Part shown: positions 48,163 to 58,443 of the stretch, piece after piece
Layout: each line of letters starts with the position of its first letter
Position numbering within the stretch: the first letter of the stretch is position 1
Assembly: GCA_965214605.1 (NCBI GenBank)
Contig: OZ243961.1
Coordinates: 3,360,001-3,424,000, forward strand
DNA length: 64,000 nt
Direction: 5' to 3'
DNA from: an uncultured Candidatus Binatia bacterium
GTDB taxonomy: Bacteria > Desulfobacterota > Binatia > Bin18
The notes under the pieces: generated by a model
What the model saw: only the letters and a program-made list of their open reading frames with translations
What the model was told of the DNA's origin: nothing
The model's database searches: none
Made by a program: the position numbers and the translations under genes

Positions 48163-50103
48163 ATGGAGATGGATGAGAACAGCAGGCATACCTTTGAACG
48201 ATTGATCAAAGAAGACCGTGAGAACCGCGAGAGGAAGCACTGGAGCGGAACCTTTATCGACTATTTGGAAAAGGTCAGAGAAGACCCTTCTCTCGTTAAG
48301 CACGCCCACGCGCGTATCTACGATATGATCAGGCAGGAGGGGGCGTCGGATATTAACGACACCGATGATCCTCGCATCCGCCATTTATTCAAAGACGAGT
48401 CCCTGAGAGTGTTCAATTTCTTTCGGGAGGAATTCTTCGGAATTGAAGAAGCGCTCGCCGAGATTGTCCGCTACTTTCAATCTGCGGCCATGCGGGGCGA
48501 AGAGAACCGTCAGGTCCTGTATCTGATGGGACCAGTTGGAGCGGGCAAAAGCTCGCTAGTCGAAAAATTGCAACGGGGACTTGAGAGCCTTGATCCGATT
48601 CATACGATTGAGGGTTCTCCGATGTTTGAAGAGCCGCTGCTCTTGATTCCCCGGCATCTGCGTCAAGAGTTTGAAAAAATGCTTGACGTGCGTATTGAGG
48701 GCGACCTGTGTCCGGTGACCCGTTGGCGGCTGCGCGAGGAGTTTGATAACGCCTACGAGAAGATGTCGGTGACCACGGTCGGGTTCTCAAAGCGCAACCG
48801 GCGCGGCATCGGCATTGTGCCGCCGGTCGACCCGAATAACCAAGACACCTCGGTGCTGATCGGCTCGGAAGATATTTCCAAGCTCGACCGCTACTCCGAG
48901 GGCGACCCACGCGTGCTAGAACTCAACGGGGCGTTTAACGTCGGCAACCGGGGCATGGTGGAGTTCATCGAGGTCTTCAAAAACGAGACCGAATACCTGC
49001 ACGCCATGATTACGGCCACCCAGGAGAAGTTTGTTCCCGCCCCAGGTCGTCATGGCACCGTGTACGTAGACACGGTCATTGTCGCTCACTCTAACGAGGC
49101 CGAGTGGCAGAAGTTTAAGGCAGATCATACCAACGAGGCGATTTTAGACCGGATCGTGGTGGTCAAGGTGCCCTATAATCTGCGTCTGTCCGAAGAGGTC
49201 AAGATCTATCAGAAGATGCTGCACAACTCGGACTTTCGGGCTAGCGTCGCGCCGCATACGCTGGAGGTGGCGGCCATGTTCGCCATTCTGTCGCGTCTCG
49301 AACCCTCGGCAAAGTGTGATCTGATGACCAAGCTGCACCTGTACAACGGGGAAGAAGTGGTCGAAAAGGGTCGGACCAAGAAAATCGCGATCAAGGAATT
49401 ACGCGAGGATGCCAAGCGGGAGGGGATGTTCGGGATCTCGACCCGTTTTATCATGAAGGCGCTCGACAACGCGCTGTCCGAAGGAGGCTCGTCGATCAAT
49501 CCGATCACCGTCCGTGAAGCCCTGATCCGGATGGTCAAGGCGATGGACGCTCCGGACGACACCCGCAAACAGTATCTCGAATTCCTGCAGGATGTGATTC
49601 ACAAAGAGTATCTCAAGCTGCTCGAAAAGGAGATCACGAAGGCGTTTGTCTACTCCTATCAGGAACAGGCTGAAACGCTTTTCCAGAACTATCTTGATCA
49701 TGCCGAAGCGTACGTGAACCAGACAAAAGTCATGGATCGCAATACCAGAGAAGAGCTGCTGCCGGATGAGGGTTTTCTGAAGTCTATCGAAGAGCAGATC
49801 GCCATCATCGGCTCGGCCGCCGACGGCTTTCGCCAGGAGGTGATCGCTTATTTGTGGGCCTCGTCACGGCGCGGCGAGCGGGTGACCCACGAAAGTTATG
49901 AGCCGCTCAAGGACGCGATCGAGAAAAAGCTGATGGGCTCGGTCCGGGATATTAGCCGGATTATTACCAAGGCTCGAACCAGAGACCAAGACCAGCAGCA
50001 GAAACACGACGCAATGGTCCAACGGCTGATTGAACTCGGTTACCCTGAGGACAGCGTTGATATCGTGCTGAAGTACGCGGCGAACCATTTGTGGAAGGAC
50101 TGA
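48163..50103 (+). CDS. prkA: PrkA/YeaG family AAA+ serine kinase
   Basis: FFGIEE, GPVGAGKS, NRGMVEFIEVFK, AHSNEAE, GISTRF. Confidence 0.93.
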   Translation: MEMDENSRHTFERLIKEDRENRERKHWSGTFIDYLEKVREDPSLVKHAHARIYDMIRQEGASDINDTDDPRIRHLFKDESLRVFNFFREEFFGIEEALAEIVRYFQSAAMRGEENRQVLYLMGPVGAGKSSLVEKLQRGLESLDPIHTIEGSPMFEEPLLLIPRHLRQEFEKMLDVRIEGDLCPVTRWRLREEFDNAYEKMSVTTVGFSKRNRRGIGIVPPVDPNNQDTSVLIGSEDISKLDRYSEGDPRVLELNGAFNVGNRGMVEFIEVFKNETEYLHAMITATQEKFVPAPGRHGTVYVDTVIVAHSNEAEWQKFKADHTNEAILDRIVVVKVPYNLRLSEEVKIYQKMLHNSDFRASVAPHTLEVAAMFAILSRLEPSAKCDLMTKLHLYNGEEVVEKGRTKKIAIKELREDAKREGMFGISTRFIMKALDNALSEGGSSINPITVREALIRMVKAMDAPDDTRKQYLEFLQDVIHKEYLKLLEKEITKAFVYSYQEQAETLFQNYLDHAEAYVNQTKVMDRNTREELLPDEGFLKSIEEQIAIIGSAADGFRQEVIAYLWASSRRGERVTHESYEPLKDAIEKKLMGSVRDISRIITKARTRDQDQQQKHDAMVQRLIELGYPEDSVDIVLKYAANHLWKD

Positions 50104-50139
50104 GCCCGTGCATACGTTCACAGGCCGGGGTGGAATACC

Positions 50140-51369
50140 ATGTCAGACACGATCATTCGTCCCTACTCATCCTCTGACTCCTTACGGTCCGACCGAAGCG
50201 CAACAGACCGCCAGCGCCATCGTCAGAAGGTTCGTGAGGCGGTTAGAGAAAATATTGCCGACCTGATTGCCGAGGAGTCCATCATTGGCAAGAACAAGGA
50301 CAAGATCATCAAAGTCCCAATCCGGGGGATGAAGGAGTACCGTTTCATCTATGGCGAAAACATCCCCGGGGTCGGACAGGGGGACGGCAACTCCGAACCC
50401 GGTCAGGTGGTCGGCAAGGCAAATGGCGAAGGGCAGGGGCCGGGCGAAGGGCAGGCTGGGGATCAAGCCGGGGTCGATTATTATGAGACCGATGTGACAC
50501 TCGAAGAGCTGATCGACATCATGTTCGAAGACCTCGAACTGCCCGACCTCGAACGCAAGACCCTACGGGAAATTCCGTCCGAGCGGGTCAGTAAACGCAA
50601 GGGGTTCCGCAAGACAGGGGCGCGGGTCCGGCTTGATAAGCGACGGACGGCGGTGGCCCGGATTCGGCGCAAGGTGGCGGTGATGCGGCGTGATGGTAAA
50701 ACCGACAGGGACCCCGAACAGCGCTTTCCGTTTCACACCGACGATCTGACCTATCGACACCTCGTCGAGGCCAACCGCCCCGACTCAAATGCGGCAGTCG
50801 TGTGCATCATGGATACCTCAGGGTCTATGGATACGATGAAGAAGTATCTGGCCCGCAGTTTCTTTTTTCTCCTCTATCAGTTTGTGAGTACAAAATACGA
50901 CAAGGTTGAGCTCGCCTTTGTGGCGCACCATACCGAGGGTCGGGAGGTGACCGAAGACGAGTTCTTCTACAAAGGCGAGTCGGGCGGGACGTTTATTTCC
51001 TCGGGCTATAATAAGGCGCTCGAGATCATCCAGGAGCGCTACCATCCGAGCCTGTGGAACGTCTACGCGTTTCACTGCTCGGACGGAGACAATTTCGAGT
51101 CCGACAATCCGGCCACGCTCAGAGCCGCCCAACAGCTGTGCGAGATGTGTAACCTGTTTGGCTATGGTGAGATCAAACCCTTGGGCTCGCGTTATTATGA
51201 AAGCTCAATGCTCAATATTTTCCGCCGCCTCGAAGCCGACAACTACCAGACGGTCCTCATCGAACGCAAAGAGGACATTTGGCCGAGTTTTCGGGCCTTC
51301 CTGTCAAAGGAAGAGGGGGAGCGGATGCAGACCAGTGTAAAGTCGGCCGAGGAGCGCGCGGCTGAATAG
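50140..51369 (+). CDS. yeaH: YeaH/YhbH (DUF444) vWA-domain protein
   Basis: MDTSGSM MIDAS, ESGGT, YAFHCSDGDN. Confidence 0.92.
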   Translation: MSDTIIRPYSSSDSLRSDRSATDRQRHRQKVREAVRENIADLIAEESIIGKNKDKIIKVPIRGMKEYRFIYGENIPGVGQGDGNSEPGQVVGKANGEGQGPGEGQAGDQAGVDYYETDVTLEELIDIMFEDLELPDLERKTLREIPSERVSKRKGFRKTGARVRLDKRRTAVARIRRKVAVMRRDGKTDRDPEQRFPFHTDDLTYRHLVEANRPDSNAAVVCIMDTSGSMDTMKKYLARSFFFLLYQFVSTKYDKVELAFVAHHTEGREVTEDEFFYKGESGGTFISSGYNKALEIIQERYHPSLWNVYAFHCSDGDNFESDNPATLRAAQQLCEMCNLFGYGEIKPLGSRYYESSMLNIFRRLEADNYQTVLIERKEDIWPSFRAFLSKEEGERMQTSVKSAEERAAE

Positions 51370-51414
51370 GGACCGGGGGAAGGTTCTGTCTGCGGCCGCT
51401 GAGCGGGAGAGACT

Positions 51415-52845
51415 ATGGTAGATTGGAACGTACAAGAGCTCGAAAGCTGGGACGAAAGGATCCGGGAGAAGGTCGAGGCCTTCGGTCTGTCTTGCTATCC
51501 CCAGGAGTTTGAGGTGTGTGACCATTTTCAGATGCTGGGCTATATGGCCTATCACGGTATGCCGTCGCACTATCCGCACTGGTCGTTCGGCAAAAGCTAT
51601 GAGAAGCTGAAGACGATGTACGACTATGGGGTGTCCGGCCTCCCCTACGAGATGGTCATCAACTCCAGCCCGGCCATCGCGTATTTGATGCGTGATAACT
51701 CCCTGTGTCTACAGATCCTGACGATTGCCCACGTGTACGGCCACAACGACTTCTTCAAAAATAATTTCACCTTCCGGCAGACCGGGGCGGCCTCCACGAT
51801 TAATCGCTGCAAAATCCACGCCGAGCGGGTGCGGGCGTATATTGAGGATCCGTCGATCGGGGTGGAGAAGGTCGAGGGGGTTCTCGACACCGCCCACGCC
51901 CTGTCCATGCAGTGTCGGCGCAACCTGGCTATCAAAAAGTTATTGCCCGAAGAGGAACGCAAGCGGGCGTTCGAGGAGGCGCAGCCAAAAGAGGACCCGT
52001 TCCAAGCCATTCATAAACCGCAGGTCTATATCCAGCCCGACCTGCGCAAGGTCCCACTTTCTCCCGAAGAGGACCTCCTATTGTTCATCCGCGACTATAA
52101 TCCTTATTTGAGTGAATGGGAGAAAGACCTGTTGACCGTCGTTCATGAAGAGGCGCAGTACTTCATTCCCCAGATGGAAACCAAGATCATGAACGAGGGC
52201 TGGGCCAGCTTCTGGCATCGCGAGATCATGAACAGCTTGAAGCTGCCCCAACAGCTCTACCTCGAATTCTTGGTCCGTCACAATCAGGTCGTCCGGCCCC
52301 ATCCGCAGGGTATCAACCCCTATCACCTCGGCCTGAAGCTGTGGGACGATATCAAACGCCGCCATGACGATCCCACGCCGGAAGAGATCGAGAAGTACGG
52401 CCAGCCAAAAAAAACGGGTATGGAAGCAATTTTCGAGGCCCGGGAAGTGGACCGGGACGTCTCTTTCCTGCGTCGCTTTTTGACCGAGGAGCTGATGCGT
52501 GAGTTGGATATGTTCCAGTATGAGCCGCGTGGCGATGATTTGGTTATCTCACATGTGTCTGACAAAGAGGGTTGGCGGGCCGTCAAAGAGACCCTGCTGA
52601 GAAGCGTTGGTATGGGTGCCGTCCCGATTCTCAAGATTGAGGATGCCGACTACAGTCAGAACCGAGCGCTGTATTTGAAGCACTACCACGATGGCCGAGA
52701 CCTCCAGCTTGAGTATGCCGAGCGGTGTTTGTCGTATCTAAACCGGCTGTGGGGGCACGAAGTCCGACTCGAAACCGTGGTGAACGGCAAACGGGTCGTG
52801 CTGTCCTACAGCGAGAAAGGCTTTGCTACCCGACCGCTCAAATAG
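51415..52845 (+). CDS. spoVR: SpoVR/YcgB family protein
   Basis: HWSFGK, YEMVIN, AHVYGHNDFFKNN, TKIMNEGWAS. Confidence 0.93.
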   Translation: MVDWNVQELESWDERIREKVEAFGLSCYPQEFEVCDHFQMLGYMAYHGMPSHYPHWSFGKSYEKLKTMYDYGVSGLPYEMVINSSPAIAYLMRDNSLCLQILTIAHVYGHNDFFKNNFTFRQTGAASTINRCKIHAERVRAYIEDPSIGVEKVEGVLDTAHALSMQCRRNLAIKKLLPEEERKRAFEEAQPKEDPFQAIHKPQVYIQPDLRKVPLSPEEDLLLFIRDYNPYLSEWEKDLLTVVHEEAQYFIPQMETKIMNEGWASFWHREIMNSLKLPQQLYLEFLVRHNQVVRPHPQGINPYHLGLKLWDDIKRRHDDPTPEEIEKYGQPKKTGMEAIFEAREVDRDVSFLRRFLTEELMRELDMFQYEPRGDDLVISHVSDKEGWRAVKETLLRSVGMGAVPILKIEDADYSQNRALYLKHYHDGRDLQLEYAERCLSYLNRLWGHEVRLETVVNGKRVVLSYSEKGFATRPLK

Positions 52846-52904
52846 CCCAGCAGCCTCACGCGCAGGATGCCGCTCGCGCCTCTCAGTCCGGCCGTCCGCG
52901 TTTC

Positions 52905-53390
52905 TCACACCTCTCCCGCCTCCAGCAACACGACCGCCTCGGCCATCATGCCCTCCCCGCGTCCGATATAGCCCATTTTTTCACCCGTCGTGGCTTTAAC
53001 ATTGACGAGCGATGGGGCGGCTTCGAGGGCCTCGGCTAGCCGCTCGCGCATCGCCTGTCGATATGGTGCCAGCTTGGGCCGTTGGGCAAAGACCGTAATA
53101 TCGGCGTTGCTCAGACGAAAGCCGCGTTCTTTTACCAGCGCCATGACGATGCGCAGCAGCCCGAGGCTTGACGCCCCGGTATACTGGGGATCAGAGTCGG
53201 GAAAATGTTGGCCGATATCGCCCGCCCCAATCGCGCCTAACAGGGCGTTGCTCAGCGCGTGACACACCACGTCGGCGTCCGAGTGGCCGAACAGTCCCTT
53301 GTCCCACGGGATATGGATGCCGCCCAGCATGAGTTTGCGGCCCGGCTGGAGCCGGTGAATGTCTGCGCCGTGACCAACTCGAAATTGCAC
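52905..53390 (-). CDS. ispF: 2-C-methyl-D-erythritol 2,4-cyclodiphosphate synthase
   Basis: GHGADIH, GHSDADV, GDIGQHFPD, KATTGE. Confidence 0.95.
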   Translation of the reverse strand: MQFRVGHGADIHRLQPGRKLMLGGIHIPWDKGLFGHSDADVVCHALSNALLGAIGAGDIGQHFPDSDPQYTGASSLGLLRIVMALVKERGFRLSNADITVFAQRPKLAPYRQAMRERLAEALEAAPSLVNVKATTGEKMGYIGRGEGMMAEAVVLLEAGEV

Positions 53391-53400
53391 CGACCGGCTC

Positions 53401-55353
53401 CTATAAGCTGCGGACCATCAGCTCCGCGACGCGCTGGTTGAAAGCCACCGGGTCGGGGAGTTCTGAGCCCTCGGCCAACAGGCCATAGCCAAACAGCAGC
53501 TGGGCATATTCGTCTAGCGCGCCATCCTGACTATTGGTTTGATAACGCTCATAGAGCTTGGTCAGGATCGGATGCGTGGGGTTTAACTCCATGATCCGTT
53601 TTTGTTTGGGCATGTCGGTCTGCGTCTGGGATAAGAGCCGTTCGAGCTGCGGGCTATGGTCGTGTTCCGCGCCGACTAGGCACACCGGCGAGGTAGTCAG
53701 GCGGGCCGACAGGCGGACTTCCTTGACGTGCTCATCGAGCCTTTTCTGGAGCGTTTCGAGCAGACCGGCGTAGTCTTGTGCCTGCTCTTTGAGGGCTTTC
53801 TCAGCCTCTTGTTTTTCTGTTTCGCTCCCCAACTGAACCGTGCCTTTCCCGACCGACCGCAACTTCTTGCCCTCAAACTCGGTCACGGCCTGGACGACTA
53901 ATTCATCCACCGGTTCAACTAAGTACAGGACCTCATAGCCTTTGTCTTTGAACGCTTCGAGGTGGGGCGAGTTTTCAACGCTCCGCCGCGACTCCCCGGT
54001 CAGATAGTAGATATCGGTCTGCTCGGTTCGCATACGCTCAACATAATCCTTGAGACTAGTGAGCTTTTCCAGATCGTGCGAAGACGGGAAACGCAACAGC
54101 GGCACCAAGCGGTCCTTGTTTTCGAGGTCCGAACTCACGCCTTCTTTGAGGGTGCGGCCAAACTGCTCCCACACCTTTGCAAACACGGTGCTGTCGTTTT
54201 CGGACAGGTTGCTCAGGGTATCAAGAATCCGTTTGCTCAGCCACTGGCGGATCTGGCCGAGGTGCCGATCCTGCTGCAGCCGTTGGCGCGAGATATTGAG
54301 CGGCAGGTCGGCCGAGTCAACCACGCCCTTGAGGAAGCGCAAATAGCGCGGCAGCAAGTCCTCACAGCGCTCCATGATCATCACCCGTTGGGCGTACAGT
54401 TGGAGGCCAAACGGGGCAGTATGGTAGTATAGATCAAAGGGGGCCTGGGACGGGACAAACACCAAAGCTTGGAACTCAAAACGTCCCTCGGCTCGGAAGG
54501 TTAGCGTCTTCAGCGGCGGGTTCCAGTCATGGGCAATATGCGTGTAGAACTCGGCATACTCCTCCTCGCTCACCTCTGACTGGGGTCGCGTCCAGATCGG
54601 CTTCATGGAATTGAGGGTGGTATCCTCAATAACGACGCGTGTTTCGCCGCCCTCTTTGGGGTTACCGTCCGCATCACGTTCAGGCTCGTGGCGCTCCTGC
54701 TTCATTTTGATCGGGTAGGACACAAAGTCGGAGTGACGTTTGACAATGCTGCTGAGCGTCCACTGCGTGGTGAAGTCTTCCAGGCCGTTTTCAGGATCGG
54801 CGGGTTTCAAATGCAGGTGAATAGAAGTGCCGTGTTGCGAGCGTTGGGCCGGGCTGAGGGAATATTCCCCGTCGCCACTCGATTCCCATGCAGTGGCGCT
54901 TTCCTCACCGGCTCTGCGGGTGACGAGGCGGACTTTGTCGGCCACCATAAAGGCTGAATAAAAGCCTACCCCGAACCGTCCGATCATCTCGGCTATGGCC
55001 TGACTAGACTGTGCCTCGGCCTTGACCTGTTCTAGCAGGGTGCGGGTGCCGGAACTGGCAATTGTGCCGATGTTGGCGATAAGTTCCTCACGGCTCATAC
55101 CGATGCCGTTGTCGTGAAGAGCGAGGACGCGCGCATCGCTATCCACCTCAATCCGAATCTCGGGGGTATGGTTGTCAGCTACGAGCTCCGGCTGAGTCAG
55201 GGCCTCGAAGCGCAATCGGTCGATTGCGTCTGAGGCGTTTGAGATCAGTTCACGCAGGAAGATCTCCTTGTCGGTATACAGGGAATGGATCATGAGCTTG
55301 AGTAGTTGGGTGGTTTCTGCCTCGAAACGATGGGTTTCGGCCTGAGCTTCCAC
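53401..55353 (-). CDS. htpG: Hsp90 chaperone HtpG
   Basis: FLRELISNASDA, DNGIGM, IGRFGVGFYS, LPLNISR. Confidence 0.97.
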   Translation of the reverse strand: MEAQAETHRFEAETTQLLKLMIHSLYTDKEIFLRELISNASDAIDRLRFEALTQPELVADNHTPEIRIEVDSDARVLALHDNGIGMSREELIANIGTIASSGTRTLLEQVKAEAQSSQAIAEMIGRFGVGFYSAFMVADKVRLVTRRAGEESATAWESSGDGEYSLSPAQRSQHGTSIHLHLKPADPENGLEDFTTQWTLSSIVKRHSDFVSYPIKMKQERHEPERDADGNPKEGGETRVVIEDTTLNSMKPIWTRPQSEVSEEEYAEFYTHIAHDWNPPLKTLTFRAEGRFEFQALVFVPSQAPFDLYYHTAPFGLQLYAQRVMIMERCEDLLPRYLRFLKGVVDSADLPLNISRQRLQQDRHLGQIRQWLSKRILDTLSNLSENDSTVFAKVWEQFGRTLKEGVSSDLENKDRLVPLLRFPSSHDLEKLTSLKDYVERMRTEQTDIYYLTGESRRSVENSPHLEAFKDKGYEVLYLVEPVDELVVQAVTEFEGKKLRSVGKGTVQLGSETEKQEAEKALKEQAQDYAGLLETLQKRLDEHVKEVRLSARLTTSPVCLVGAEHDHSPQLERLLSQTQTDMPKQKRIMELNPTHPILTKLYERYQTNSQDGALDEYAQLLFGYGLLAEGSELPDPVAFNQRVAELMVRSL

Positions 55354-55530
55354 GGTATCTGCCTCCTGTGCTCTGCTAGATCAGTCAGAGCGGTGTTTTC
55401 CTTCTCTGAATAATCATTCCTCCGCTCACGTCAATCGCTGTCCCGGCCGATCTTTCTTTCCCAGGCCGCTTCCTGCTATGAGCAGAGCATCAAGACTGTC
55501 GCAATCTGGTAGGGAAAAAAGGGGAAGCCA

Positions 55531-56544
55531 ATGCGCAAAGCGGTCCAAAACCTCATAGGTATTGCCGGTGTAGTTATCGCGGTCAGCGGCTATGGACAGG
55601 ACAAAGAGCCGGGTGTGGAACAGACCAAGGAGTACGATATCACCAAACCACAGATGGGTTGTGATGAGGCGCACCAGATAACTCGTCGGGCGCTTGAGCG
55701 GCTGTACTACAAGGTGGCTGACACGCCTCCGGCGGCTGACACCGGTAGCATAATGAAAGCCCAACGCATGGGCTTCTGGGGAGAGACGGAGCCGGTATCG
55801 GTCGAGATATCGTGTACGGCCGACGGCGTCCACCTCGCTCCTCGGGCTGTTATTCCGCCGTGTGAGCAGGCCAACCGGGTCATGCGCAAAGCCGTTGAAA
55901 AGGTCGGGTATACGGTGACGACCTATCAGCCTGCGTCTCTGGGAGGAGTTGGCCGGATTCGGGGTGAGAAGCCTGAACGGGAGCCGTTGGACCTGACCAT
56001 CGTCTGCGAAATGGAGCGCAATCGCGTTATCATCGATACCAGCTCCGAGAGCCCGCTGATGGCTGCTGGCGCTGGCTTCTATGACGCCTTCTCGGACTTC
56101 CAGCGCGGCTTTTACGCCATGTTCTGGGCGGTGGTGGATGAGTTTGCGTATCGTCAGTCTCCCTACCATCAAACTCAGGTCGCCAACATGGATCAGGTGC
56201 AGATTGGCGTCGTGCCTTTGATCCCGGGAGATGTGAAACGCCAGTTTGGCGAGATGCTGACCGAACTGCTCCCTGTCCGGGTTACGGTTTTTAACTCAAC
56301 CACCAACGTCTACCTTTTAGAGACCAACAATATTGTTCTGCTGGCCGATTCGGGTCAGCGGGTAACGCCGGCCACCGCGTCTGAGCACGCCCTCCCCGGG
56401 CCGCCTTTAGCCAACCAGATGCTGACTCCTGGTAGCTATGTTGAGGGCTATCTCTTCTATCCAGCCGGGGTATACACGGGTGCGCGCGGCTTCCTGATTG
56501 AGCAGAGGCACCAAGAGCGCGAGGGATTTAGCGTGCTATTCTAA
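55531..56544 (+). CDS. Exported hypothetical protein with two internal Cys-bracketed repeats
   Basis: Signal-like N-terminus; repeats C44-C95 and C111-C159; beta-rich C-terminal domain. Confidence 0.7.
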   Translation: MRKAVQNLIGIAGVVIAVSGYGQDKEPGVEQTKEYDITKPQMGCDEAHQITRRALERLYYKVADTPPAADTGSIMKAQRMGFWGETEPVSVEISCTADGVHLAPRAVIPPCEQANRVMRKAVEKVGYTVTTYQPASLGGVGRIRGEKPEREPLDLTIVCEMERNRVIIDTSSESPLMAAGAGFYDAFSDFQRGFYAMFWAVVDEFAYRQSPYHQTQVANMDQVQIGVVPLIPGDVKRQFGEMLTELLPVRVTVFNSTTNVYLLETNNIVLLADSGQRVTPATASEHALPGPPLANQMLTPGSYVEGYLFYPAGVYTGARGFLIEQRHQEREGFSVLF

Positions 56545-56635
56545 GGGTCTGTATTGATCGTCCGCTTTTTTTCACATATGCTGGCAGACCGACCAAGCAC
56601 GCTCCGCCATTTTATCTTGGCGACGACATACGCCC

Positions 56636-58441
56636 ATGAACGAAGCAAAAAACGACGTCCCGGACAGTTCGCAGAGTCTCCCAAGCGAGTCTCACGAGTT
56701 AGAGCGCAAGGATTTTGCCAGCACGCAGGACTATGAGCTGCACTGCTTACGCCACTCCTGTGCTCACGTGCTGGCCCAGGCGGTGCTGGAACTTTTTCCG
56801 TCCAGCCGGCTGGGGGTCGGGCCAGCCGTTGAAAACGGTTTTTATTACGACATTGAAACGCCCCAGCCTTTATCCGACGAGGATCTGGCGCGGATTGAAG
56901 ATCGGATGCGTAAGAACATTGCGGCCGATCTTCCGTTTGTACATGACAGCTGGTCCCGGCAAGAGGCGGAGGACTATTTCAGCCAGCATGGCCAGACCTT
57001 TAAGCTGGAGATCATGCGCGATCTGGGGCTTGATACCTGTTCGATCTATAAACAGGGCGATTTTGTCGACCTGTGTCGCGGTCCGCACGTTCAACAGACC
57101 GGCCAGCTCCCTCATTTCAAGCTGCTCAAGATTTCCGGTGCCTACTGGCGAGGGGACGCCAATAGGGAGCAGATGCAGCGTATTTATGGTACGGTGTGGC
57201 AGACAGAAAAAGATCTGCAAGAGCATCTCGAACGGCTTGAGGAGGCCGAGAAGCGGGACCACCGGAAAATTGGCCAGGATATGGAGCTGTTTGCCCTGTT
57301 TCCCTTTAGTCCTGGCTCTCCGGTCCTGCTGCCGAACGGCTTAACCGTCTACAGGCTCCTACAGGACCGTATGGGCAAACTGCTCAAGGCAGAGGGCTAT
57401 CAAGAAGTGCGGGGTCCAGTGCTGTGCCACCAGAGCTTATGGGAGACCTCGGGGCACTGGGAGAAATTCAAAGACAATATGTTTTTGCTTGATCAAGAGG
57501 GGGGCGCGTACGGGCTGAAGCCGATGAACTGTCCGGTCCACATGAGCATCTTTAAGATGAAGACCAAGAGCTACCGCGACCTCCCGTTGCGTATCCATGA
57601 TGAGAGTACCTTACACCGCAACGAGCTATCCGGTAGCTTAGCCGGCCTGGCACGTTTGCGCATGTTTCATCAGGACGATACGCATATCTTTGTCGCTAAA
57701 GAACAAGTCCCGGCTGAGATTGAACGGCTGCTCAACATGGTTGACCGGGTCTATTCTGCCTTTGATCTGGAATATTCCTGCAAATTCTCAACCCGGCCTG
57801 AAAACTTCATGGGTGAGCAGAGCCTGTGGGATGCTGCGGAAACCACCCTCCAAGCCTTGTTAGAAGACAAGAAGATTCCCTACCAAGTCGACAAAGGCGG
57901 AGGGGCCTTCTACGGGCCAAAGATCGATATTGATGTCAAAGATACTCTAGGCCGGGCGTGGCAACTGGCCACGACCCAAGTCGATTTTCAGATGCCGCAA
58001 CGCTTTGATCTGAAATACGCTGACGCCGACGGCTCTCTGCAAACGCCGGTCGTGATCCACTCCGCCATCTATGGCGCGATTGAGCGGTTCATGGCCCTGC
58101 TGATCGAAAATTGCGCTGGCCGCTTCCCGGTCTGGTTGGCTCCCGAACAGGCCAGAGTCTTGCCGGTCAGCGACCGCTTCCAAGACTACGGCGACGGGGT
58201 GTGTCAGCGCCTGGTGGCACGTGGTTTGCGGGCGACTCTAGACACGAGCTCTGAGACGCTGTCAGCCAAGATTCATAAAGCGCACCCCTATCGAATTCCC
58301 TATCTGCTGATTGTCGGTGGCAAAGAAGCCGACAACAGCACCGTGTCAGTACGCAAAAGGATGGCGCGCAAGAACGAGGTGGTGGGCGTTGAGCAGTTTA
58401 TCGATCGACTCCAAGAAGAAGACGCCTGTGGCTTTGCGTAG
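56636..58441 (+). CDS. thrS: Threonine--tRNA ligase (no TGS domain)
   Basis: RHSCAH, DLCRGPH, KRDHRK, KPMNCP, AFYGPKID. Confidence 0.96.
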   Translation: MNEAKNDVPDSSQSLPSESHELERKDFASTQDYELHCLRHSCAHVLAQAVLELFPSSRLGVGPAVENGFYYDIETPQPLSDEDLARIEDRMRKNIAADLPFVHDSWSRQEAEDYFSQHGQTFKLEIMRDLGLDTCSIYKQGDFVDLCRGPHVQQTGQLPHFKLLKISGAYWRGDANREQMQRIYGTVWQTEKDLQEHLERLEEAEKRDHRKIGQDMELFALFPFSPGSPVLLPNGLTVYRLLQDRMGKLLKAEGYQEVRGPVLCHQSLWETSGHWEKFKDNMFLLDQEGGAYGLKPMNCPVHMSIFKMKTKSYRDLPLRIHDESTLHRNELSGSLAGLARLRMFHQDDTHIFVAKEQVPAEIERLLNMVDRVYSAFDLEYSCKFSTRPENFMGEQSLWDAAETTLQALLEDKKIPYQVDKGGGAFYGPKIDIDVKDTLGRAWQLATTQVDFQMPQRFDLKYADADGSLQTPVVIHSAIYGAIERFMALLIENCAGRFPVWLAPEQARVLPVSDRFQDYGDGVCQRLVARGLRATLDTSSETLSAKIHKAHPYRIPYLLIVGGKEADNSTVSVRKRMARKNEVVGVEQFIDRLQEEDACGFA

Positions 58442-58443
58442 GC

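Noticed and set aside
55426-56172. 248-aa minus-strand ORF
   Set aside because: It is an antisense shadow of the better-supported 55531-56544 gene.
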